Notes under the pieces: generated by a model
What the model was told of the DNA's origin: nothing
Database searches by the model: none
What the model saw: the letters and a program-made list of their open reading frames with translations, nothing else
Shown: positions 56,921 to 64,000 of the stretch, in pieces
Numbering within the stretch: the first letter of the stretch is position 1
How the letters are laid out: every line of letters starts with the position of its first letter
Source of the DNA: an uncultured Chloroflexia bacterium
Lineage (GTDB): Bacteria > Chloroflexota > Limnocylindria > Limnocylindrales > CSP1-4
Direction of reading: 5' to 3'
Assembly: GCA_963752475.1 (NCBI GenBank)
Contig: CAVVYR010000004.1
Coordinates: 32,001 to 96,000 of the forward strand
Length of the DNA stretch: 64,000 bases
Made by a program: the position numbers and the translations under genes

Positions 56921-57709
56921 ATGACCGACAACGATCGCCTGATGCAGATCATGCTCGATGTCCACTCGGGCCTCCCACGCCAGGGACCCGGAGACGACGA
57001 GTCGACCTTGCGTGCGCTAGGCCTCTGCACCGAGCTGCCGATGCGGCCGGCCGTGCTCGACGTGGGCTGCGGTCCCGGCATGCAGACGGTCGCCCTCGCG
57101 CGGGGTACCGACGGGACCGTCACTGCGGTCGACCTCTTCGAGCAGTTCCTCGACGAGCTGCGTGATCGCGCTACCGAAGCCGGCGTGCGCGAGCGCGTGC
57201 AGGTCATGCGCGCAGACATGACCGACCTGCCCTTCGGCAAGGACTCCTTCGATCTCGTCTGGTCGGAAGGTGCGGCTTACATCATGGGCGTGCCCGAGGC
57301 CTTCGAGCACTGGAAGGAGTTCCTGCGGCCACAGGGCTACATCGCCATCACAGAGATCAGCTGGCTGGTGCCCGAGTCCGATGTGCCGCGGCCTGCGTTC
57401 GACTTCTTCCATGACGAGTACCCCGCCATGACAGACGTCCCCGGCAACCTCGCGCGCATCGAAGCCTGTGGCTACGAGATCGTCGACCACTTCACGTTGC
57501 CCGAACGATCGTGGTGGACCGATTACTACACACCGCTGTCCGAGAGACTCGAGGCCTCCCGTCAGAAGTACCGAGGCGACTCGACCGCACAGTCGTTCCT
57601 CGATGAGCTGGCCGAGGAGCTGCGCGTCCGGCGCGAGTTCGGCGAGAGCTTCGGCTACGAGTTCATCGTCGCGCGCCTCATCGACCCCGACGCCCCGCGT
57701 ACGATCTGA
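56921..57709 (+). CDS. Class I SAM-dependent methyltransferase (paralog 3)
   Basis: PRQGPGDDESTLRAL, LDVGCGPG and FDLVWSEGA; start ATG 56921. Confidence 0.92.
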   Translation: MTDNDRLMQIMLDVHSGLPRQGPGDDESTLRALGLCTELPMRPAVLDVGCGPGMQTVALARGTDGTVTAVDLFEQFLDELRDRATEAGVRERVQVMRADMTDLPFGKDSFDLVWSEGAAYIMGVPEAFEHWKEFLRPQGYIAITEISWLVPESDVPRPAFDFFHDEYPAMTDVPGNLARIEACGYEIVDHFTLPERSWWTDYYTPLSERLEASRQKYRGDSTAQSFLDELAEELRVRREFGESFGYEFIVARLIDPDAPRTI

Positions 57710-57808
57710 GTCTCTGCCGCTGACCCCACTTGGGTTCGAGAGCGTGTCCGTCACACGGCGGAATCACCCTCCAGTCGATGACCGTGGGGGAGCGACGCCG
57801 AGACCCGG

Positions 57809-57825
57809 TGCTATCATTGATATCA
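57809..57825. promoter_or_regulatory. FitA-type operator
   Basis: TGCTATCA-T-TGATATCA; TGCTATCA is the known Neisseria FitA half-site. Confidence 0.7.
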
Positions 57826-57844
57826 TTCGGAACGGAGGCACCTC

Positions 57845-58075
57845 ATGAAGCAGCTGATCGTGCGCAACGTCGAAGACAAGGTGGTGCGCGCCCTCAAGAT
57901 GCGCGCCGCCGAGCGTGGTCGCTCGATGGAGGCCGAGCATCGGGAGATCCTGCGCGTCACGCTTCTCTCCTCCGAACCAGGGCCGTCGTTCAAGGACTGG
58001 ATGGGCTCGATGCCCGATGTCGGTGACGACGAGGACTTCGTCGTACCGCGCGAACTTCCACGCGACATCGAATGA
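57845..58075 (+). CDS. FitA-like RHH antitoxin
   Basis: LIVRNVED....LKMRAAERGRSMEAEHREIL. Confidence 0.92.
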   Translation: MKQLIVRNVEDKVVRALKMRAAERGRSMEAEHREILRVTLLSSEPGPSFKDWMGSMPDVGDDEDFVVPRELPRDIE

Positions 58076-58493
58076 CGGGCTGGCTCGTCGACACCAACGT
58101 CTTGGCGGAAGTCCGGAAGGGCGACCGGTGCCACGCTGGGGTGCGCGCGTGGTATCGAGGGCGCGCGTCGATGGCGATCTGTTCACCAGCGTTCTGGTCG
58201 TCGGTGAGATCCGCCGAGGCGTCGAGTCGGTACGGCGACGCGATCCAGGTCAGGCAGCCGCGCTCGACCAGTGGCTGCTACGCCTTACCGGCGCACTTGC
58301 GGACCGCGTCCTTCCCGTCGATACGGCGATCGCCGAGTGCTGGGGTCGGCTGAACGTGCCGAATCCCATCCCGGTCGTCGATGGACTCGTTGCAGCTACG
58401 GCCCTGGAGCATGACCTCACGCTGGTGACGCGCAACGTCAAGGACGTGGCGTCGACCGGGGTTGCCACCCTCGATCCCTTCAGCTCGACATAG
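58072..58493 (+). CDS. FitB/VapC PIN toxin; apparent frameshift near 58150-58170
   Basis: LVDTNVLAE in one frame; FTSVLVVGEIRRG...DGLVAATALEHDLTLVTRNVKD in another. Confidence 0.83.
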
Positions 58494-58549
58494 TGAAGCC
58501 CGGGTCGGCAGAGTGGCGACCCGGGCCTTGAGCGTCGAAGACCAGCGGC

Positions 58550-59890
58550 CTACTCGGCAGGCGGGTCCTCGCAGATCTCGTTGCTGTCGTCGTACTCGAG
58601 CGGCGGGGCGTTGGTGGCCTCGGAGATCAGGACGTTGTGCTCGTTGTCGCAGATCCTGTTGTTTGCCAGCGAGGGCGTGGAGTCCTCGCCGGACACCATG
58701 ATCCCGATGCTGCCGCCCTCGACCGAGTTGTCGTCGAGCGCCGGCGAGCCCCGGAGCTGCATCCCGACGCGGCTGCCGGACACCACGTTGTCCGTGAAGA
58801 CCACGGTTTCACCATGGCTCACGACGCCCGTATCGTTGCCATGCAGGCGGTTGCCCTCCACCACGGGGTTGGCGTCGACGAAGATCATGATCCCGTTCCT
58901 GGCGCCCGAGATGTCGTTGTCTCGGATCACCGGGTCGTGGCCGGGAGAGCTGTTCCAGCCGACGGTGATGCCGTCGCCGCCCGCACCGTCGACGACGTTG
59001 CCCTCGATGAGCATGGTGGACTCGCCGAACAGGCCCATCGCGCGATTGTGGCTGCCGCTGAACATGTTGTTGCGGACGACGGCCTCGTTGCCGGGATCGT
59101 TCAGATAGAGGTGCGGACCGTCGATGAACTCGTTGCCTTCGATGACCACGTCCGCATCGAAGGTGACCATGACCTCGCCACCACCGAGGAAGTCGCTGTC
59201 GAGCACGCTGGCAGTGCCGCCGGCGATCATGAGCGAGCTGCCGCTGCCGAACTCGCCGCTCTGGTAGGCAACGCCCGTCTCGTCGAAGACGAGCCCGTAG
59301 AGGACGGGCGCCCCGTTGAGGATGTTCACACCGGTCGTGTCGTTGTCGCCGCGGAGCGTCAGGTTCGAGATCTCGGAGTCGGTCGAGTTCAGCGTGAAGA
59401 GGGTGGCATCCTCCAGCTCGACGATGACCTCGTCGACCGGGCCGTCGCCACGGATCGATGACGTTCTTGTCTTCGATCGTGATCTCTTCGGCATACGTGC
59501 CGGGACTTCACCGAGGATCTCGTCGCCGTCCTCAGCGGCATCGACCGCGGCCCCGATGGTGGTGTAGTGGCCATCGCCGTTCGCGTCGACGATGAGAGGG
59601 CCGTCGGCTGCCAGTAGCTGGGCGCCGGCGATCCCGGCACCGATGATCATCATCGCTGCCAGCAGGGTCGCGGCCATGATGGCCGCCACGCGAGCGGTCG
59701 GAGATCCGACCGCAGTTCGGTTGTTGCTTCGCATCGTGGGCTCCTTGATGAGCGCCAGCCAACGAGCGCGCGGACGCGTCTCGCCGGTCTGCGCCTTGAT
59801 CGTCGTTCGGAGCCGGTCGGGCGCGCGCCGAGGCGCCATCTCATGCAGGCCATCGGCGAAGAGCCGCTCGAAGCGAACGTCTTCGTTCAT
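58550..59890 (-). CDS. Putative anti-sigma factor with TM helix and extracellular right-handed beta-helix (NosD-like); scrambled segment at 59455-59515
   Basis: Coupled to an ECF gene; N-terminal APRRAPDRL...TRPR..W, TM helix, YTTIGAAVDAAEDGD and repeated I.GN motifs. Confidence 0.75.
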   Translation of the reverse strand: MNEDVRFERLFADGLHEMAPRRAPDRLRTTIKAQTGETRPRARWLALIKEPTMRSNNRTAVGSPTARVAAIMAATLLAAMMIIGAGIAGAQLLAADGPLIVDANGDGHYTTIGAAVDAAEDGDEILGEVPARMPKRSRSKTRTSSIRGDGPVDEVIVELEDATLFTLNSTDSEISNLTLRGDNDTTGVNILNGAPVLYGLVFDETGVAYQSGEFGSGSSLMIAGGTASVLDSDFLGGGEVMVTFDADVVIEGNEFIDGPHLYLNDPGNEAVVRNNMFSGSHNRAMGLFGESTMLIEGNVVDGAGGDGITVGWNSSPGHDPVIRDNDISGARNGIMIFVDANPVVEGNRLHGNDTGVVSHGETVVFTDNVVSGSRVGMQLRGSPALDDNSVEGGSIGIMVSGEDSTPSLANNRICDNEHNVLISEATNAPPLEYDDSNEICEDPPAE

Positions 59891-60462
59891 GCCAAGCCGT
59901 CCTTCAAGACGCCGACCGGGGGATTGTCGGCAGCGGGCACGTCCTGGGTCATCGACTGTCGCAGCGATGCCAGCGCCCGATGCAAGCGGGACTTCACGGT
60001 CCCGACGGGGATATCGAGGATGTCGGCCACCTCATCGAGAGGCAGGTCGAGGTAGAAGCGCAGGACGACCACGGCACGGTGATCGATCGGCAGGTCGTTC
60101 AGCTGCTGCTCGATCAGGTCGCGGTTCGCCAACGCAGAAGCGGAGTCGGGAGCGGTCGTGCGCTCGGGGTCGGGAACGACCTTCAGCTCGACCTCCTTGC
60201 GTCGTCGCTCCTTCTTCGCCGCCTTGTAGCAGGCCCACACCGTGATGCGGTGGAGCCAGGCGTCCCACGCGTCGGGGTCACGGAGTGCGCGCACGTCCTT
60301 CCAGGCGGACACGAGCGCCTCCTGCACCGCGTCCTGGGCGCGGTCCGAGTCGCGGAGGATGAGCGTGGCCACGCCATACAGGCGATCGACGGACGCGTCC
60401 ACCAGGCTGGAGAAAGCGTCGTGATCCCCCTCGATCGCTCGCCGGACGAGCTCTCGTGTCAT
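59887..60462 (-). CDS. ECF RNA polymerase sigma factor
   Basis: AQDAVQEAL, AWLHRI and IPVGTVKSRLHRA motifs. Confidence 0.94.
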   Translation of the reverse strand: MTRELVRRAIEGDHDAFSSLVDASVDRLYGVATLILRDSDRAQDAVQEALVSAWKDVRALRDPDAWDAWLHRITVWACYKAAKKERRRKEVELKVVPDPERTTAPDSASALANRDLIEQQLNDLPIDHRAVVVLRFYLDLPLDEVADILDIPVGTVKSRLHRALASLRQSMTQDVPAADNPPVGVLKDGLA

Positions 60463-60557
60463 CGCGGGCCACCACTTCGGCACGACGCGTCTCGTCGCGC
60501 TCTCACCCTATTGCGTCCCCCCGGGTGCCGAAAGGTTCCACGCCAAAGGAAGAGACG

Positions 60558-61829
60558 TCAATCGAAGACGAGCGGCACGTCCTCGCAAAGCTTGTTGTCC
60601 GAGAGGTCCAGCGGGGTCGCGCCGCGCACCACCGCCATGATCGCGTTGTCGCCGCAGAGCTCGTTGCCGCTCAGGGTGGGCTCCACGCCCTCGTGGACCT
60701 CCAGGGCCACGCCCTGGGTGTCGATCACGTTGTCCGTGATCTCGGCCGTGGTGCGATCCGCGATCAGGATGCCGGTGGCGGCGCCATCGACGGTGTTGTC
60801 GCGGATGGTGCCCTTCAGGCACACGGCCTGGATGGCGATGCCTGGATCGGGCTGGGTGATGACGTTGCCCTCGATGGTGAGCTCGGAGCAGGAGTTGGAC
60901 TCGATCGAGTACAGGCCCGAGTTGTCGATCGTGTTCCTGCGGACAACGGTGTCGTCGCCGGCGTTGCTGAGGAAGATGGCCGCGCCCTCGATGAGCGTGT
61001 TGTCGGAGATGGTGGCGTCAGACGCACCGGCGATCTCGATCTCGCCGCCACCGATGAAGGTGTTGCCGGAGATGGTGGGGTTGGAGAAGAGCTCCACGAA
61101 GATCGACTGCGCCGCCTCCTCGAAGCCGTCCCATCCGGCGCCGGTGTAGATCCACCATTGGTCGCCCACGCCGTCGAAGACCATGTCGGTGATAGTGGGC
61201 TCGGCGGCGGTGATCCGGACGGTGTTGCCGGGCCCGCGGATGGTGAAGTTGCGGATCGTCGACTGACCGCCGTCGATGAGCAGGATGGGCTCGTCGTCGG
61301 TCGCGGGCCGCAGGATGACGTCGCCCACATTGCCGCCTCCGACGAGCTCGATGGTCTTGTCGATGATGCGCAGGTTCTCGACGTACTCGCCGGGGAAGAT
61401 GAAGACGGTCTCGCCGTCCTTGGCCTGCTCGATGGCCGCGGCGATCGTCTGCTTCACGCTCTCATCGTCGGGGTTGACCACGATGGCCTCGCTGGGCACG
61501 AGGATCTCACCGTTCGGCTCGGCCCGATCCAGGAACCCGCCGGACAGCGTTAGCCCCAGCACCAGCAGCACCGCGACGACGGCCGTGCCACCGACGGCAA
61601 GGGTCGGGGTCAGCGATGGCCAGTGATGGAGGCGAAAGAGATCGCGCCACCAATCGCGGACGAAGACGCGGGAGCGGCGTCGGGTGAGCGCGGTGCGGGC
61701 GATGACGTTGGGCGCGAGCACGGCCGGCTCGCGGGTCGGGGCCCCCTCCTCGAACCACTCGCTGAGGAGCCGCTCGGTGTCGGGCTCGTGCACCTGGTCA
61801 TGCCAGGGAGCGTCGCGACGGTCGGTCAT
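60558..61829 (-). CDS. Putative anti-sigma factor with TM helix and beta-helix domain
   Basis: Coupled to an ECF gene; W.EEGAPTREP...TRRR, TM helix, TIAAAIEQAKDGE...PGEYVEN and I.GN repeats. Confidence 0.78.
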   Translation of the reverse strand: MTDRRDAPWHDQVHEPDTERLLSEWFEEGAPTREPAVLAPNVIARTALTRRRSRVFVRDWWRDLFRLHHWPSLTPTLAVGGTAVVAVLLVLGLTLSGGFLDRAEPNGEILVPSEAIVVNPDDESVKQTIAAAIEQAKDGETVFIFPGEYVENLRIIDKTIELVGGGNVGDVILRPATDDEPILLIDGGQSTIRNFTIRGPGNTVRITAAEPTITDMVFDGVGDQWWIYTGAGWDGFEEAAQSIFVELFSNPTISGNTFIGGGEIEIAGASDATISDNTLIEGAAIFLSNAGDDTVVRRNTIDNSGLYSIESNSCSELTIEGNVITQPDPGIAIQAVCLKGTIRDNTVDGAATGILIADRTTAEITDNVIDTQGVALEVHEGVEPTLSGNELCGDNAIMAVVRGATPLDLSDNKLCEDVPLVFD

Positions 61830-62374
61830 GGCGTCGTCCTCCCCGGCGTGGTCGTTTGGGCGTCGGCGGTGAGCGCGGCGCGCATGGCGGCGACGGCCCG
61901 ATTGACGCGGGATTTGGCCGTGCCCACGGGGATGCCCAGCGTCTCGGCGATCTCGGGAAACGAGTACCCCACGTAGTGATGCAGCACGAGCACGGTCCGC
62001 TGGTCCACCGGCAGTCGAGCGAATCCGCGTTCGAGCTCGTCACGGTCGGCGTTCTGGGTGCCGGGGTCGGCCGTCTCGCTCACCGCACGGACCTGGCCCT
62101 CGACCTCCATGCGGCGGCGCTCGCGCCTGGCCTCTCGATAGCACTCGCGCACGAGCACCCGATGGAGCCACGCATCGAACCGATCGGGGTCGCGCAGGCC
62201 GGAGAGGTCACGCCAAGCGGCCACCAGCGCCTCCTGGGTGGCGTCCTCGGCTCGGGTCTTGTCGCGCAGGATCAAGGTCGCCACCGCGTAGAGCTTGCGG
62301 CTGGATAGCCGCACGAGCTCGCTGAATGCCTCATGGTCCCCCTCGATCGCTTGTTCGACGAGCTCTCGCTGCAT
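61826..62374 (-). CDS. ECF RNA polymerase sigma factor
   Basis: AEDATQEAL, FDAWLHR and IPVGTAKSR motifs. Confidence 0.94.
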   Translation of the reverse strand: MQRELVEQAIEGDHEAFSELVRLSSRKLYAVATLILRDKTRAEDATQEALVAAWRDLSGLRDPDRFDAWLHRVLVRECYREARRERRRMEVEGQVRAVSETADPGTQNADRDELERGFARLPVDQRTVLVLHHYVGYSFPEIAETLGIPVGTAKSRVNRAVAAMRAALTADAQTTTPGRTTP

Positions 62375-62455
62375 CGACCTCTCCGCTCTTGGCCCGACCG
62401 TGGGTCGGCCGCGCTCATCTGGTCAGGGGGCGCTCGACGACGAATGGTTCCATCT

Positions 62456-63698
62456 TCAGCCGTCGACCTCGCACATCTCGTTGCCGCCGATCGATGGGCT
62501 CGAGTCACCGACGATCCTGATCGCCTGCCGCCCTCCGCAGAGCCGGTTCCCGCTCACGGACGGCGAGGAATCCTCGATGACGAGAGCGAAGTGCGACGCA
62601 TCCGCGACCAGGTTGTCGAGGATGCGCGGCGGCTCGTCGTGGCGCACGATGCCCGGCGTCACTCGGTCGTAGTCGATGGCGAGCGCGTGGATGCCCAGCC
62701 GTCCACCACTGATGTCGTTGCCGGTGATGGTCATACCGTGGCCGGCCGCGACGATGCCGACCTCGGTCACGTCGTGGATGGTGTTGCGCGCGATCGTGCT
62801 GGCAGTCTCGAGCGCGCGAAGGCCCAGCTCGCTGCCGGACAACGTGTTGCCCTCCACCAGGCTCTTGCCCGCGAACTCGACAGAGATCCCGATCGGGCCG
62901 CCGTCCACCTCGTTGCCAGTGATGGTCGCGATCGTCTCGGGATCCGAGATGACGATGCCCGGCTCGTCCTCGATGGGCAAGATGCGGTTCCCGGCGACCT
63001 CGTAGCTGGCGCCCCTCTCGATCACGATGTTCCGATAGACGACGTTGCCCTCGAGCCGGCCCGTGGCGCCTTCGCTACCGAAGAAGAGATCGCGGATCTC
63101 GTTGCCGGTCGCGACCGTGTGGCTGGAGGTGCCCCACGAGCCCAGCCGTTCGATGTCCGAGTCCTCGATGGTCACGAATGCGTCGCCGCGCACTCCGACG
63201 AAGCCGTTCGTGTCGACGTCGCGGACCGTCGAGGTCCCGCCGTCGAGCAGAAGGGAGGTATAGAGGACGTCGTCCTCATCCATGATCGAGAGACTCTCGA
63301 TCGTCACGTCGGCGTCGGCGACGTGGATCGTGACGAGGCTCGACTCCACGGGCCGGTCTTGGGGGCCAGCGCGTCGTGTTCGGGGCCAGGCTGGAGCCAT
63401 GTCCACGATCTGCCGGTCGGACTCGTCCTGCAGGATCACGATCTGCTCGCGAGGCCCGTCACCGACGAGGGTGAGAGCTTTGTCGATGTAGATGTTCTCG
63501 ACGTAGCTGCCGGGCGCGATGAGGATGGTGTCACCGCCCGACGCCGCTTCGACCGCCGCCGAGATGGTGTCGTGGTCGCCGCTGCCATCTGACGCGACGG
63601 TGATGATGGCGCCTTCCTGGGCGACCGCCCCCGGGGCCGTGATCGCGAGCAAGCCGACGATCACGCCGGCCACGTTCAGCTTGTCGGGTGCTTGGCAT
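62456..63698 (-). CDS. Secreted right-handed beta-helix protein (probable true start 63698, with one extra base near 63686)
   Basis: Signal peptide, DTISAAVEAASGGD...PGSYVEN, GN repeats and terminal GNRLC...NEMCE. The RBS-preceded ATG at 63698 is one base out of frame with the 63673 ORF. Confidence 0.8.
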
Positions 63699-63773
63699 GG
63701 GCCCTCCCCTACGCGGATCTGCCGAAGCCCCCCGGAACGCGCGCACCATACGCGACTTCGGGGCGCACGACAA

Positions 63774-63805
63774 TGCCCCCGCCCCGGTTTCCCGGGACAG
63801 GGGCA
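63774..63805 (-). terminator. GC-rich stem-loop
   Basis: TGCCCC..CCGG-TTTC-CCGG..GGGGCA, just after the last gene's stop. Confidence 0.6.
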
Positions 63806-63825
63806 GGCGAGTCCAAGGGGTTGGG

Positions 63826-64000
63826 CTACTCGGCTGCGGCCTCATCGTCACCACCCGGTACGGTGATGTCGAAGAAGGCTGTCGCCTGGATCGGAGTACC
63901 GACGGGCACGAACTCCTCGTTCAGGACGCCGGTCTCGGGATCGATGTCCCACGGCGCGATGGCCGTCTCCAGCAAGTCGTCGCTGATGACGATGGTGTGC
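63826..64000 (-). CDS. 3' end of an unknown acidic protein (truncated by the window edge)
   Basis: Open frame HTIVISDDLLETAIAPWDIDPETG...GGDDEAAAE* with genome-like codon usage. Confidence 0.6.
   Translation of the reverse strand, partial: HTIVISDDLLETAIAPWDIDPETGVLNEEFVPVGTPIQATAFFDITVPGGDDEAAAE

Noticed and set aside
53146-57709. DNA methyltransferases protecting against the nearby restriction genes
   Set aside because: They lack DPPY/NPPY or PC catalytic motifs and look like small-molecule class I methyltransferases.
51700-58500. Integron cassette array
   Set aside because: No recurring RYYYAAC...GTTRRRY attC hairpins, mixed gene orientations and no integrase seen.

Overview
This is a high-GC (roughly 70% by eye) bacterial chromosomal window. 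Gene content and style suggest Chloroflexota, possibly Limnocylindria; that is inference only. Left to right it holds: a TPP-riboswitch thiN-thiB unit; a YbaK protein; an HTH-GAF-GAF-GGDEF cyclase; a SAM hydroxide adenosyltransferase; a WYL regulator; split pntAA-pntAB-pntB; and an unusual DsrE-TusA-MvhD-like-HdrA-HdrA-wHTH-QmoC-like cluster with no HdrB or AprAB, next to hemerythrin and PadR genes and two tandem-repeat arrays. Then come an M1 peptidase, a NarL-type two-component pair, an LLM oxidoreductase, a sugar ABC transporter plus GH125-like hydrolase, a hydrolase-cyclase fusion, degenerate hydrogenase-maturation genes and twin MFS genes. From 40.8 kb there is a defence-like hot spot: a TM0106-type nuclease-helicase, a second nuclease whose 3' end is duplicated, a truncated AspBHI-like gene and a SauUSI-like PLD-helicase-DUF3427 gene. 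This is followed by four toxin-antitoxin modules with visible operators, interleaved with three paralogous methyltransferases, a MerB-like gene and an ERCC4 nuclease, and finally tandem ECF sigma / beta-helix anti-sigma-like pairs. Several candidate structured RNAs or MITEs occur. Single-base frameshifts appear only right of 40.9 kb and may be assembly errors. No tRNA, rRNA, CRISPR array, integrase or transposase was seen. All family calls come from motifs read by eye, with no database search.
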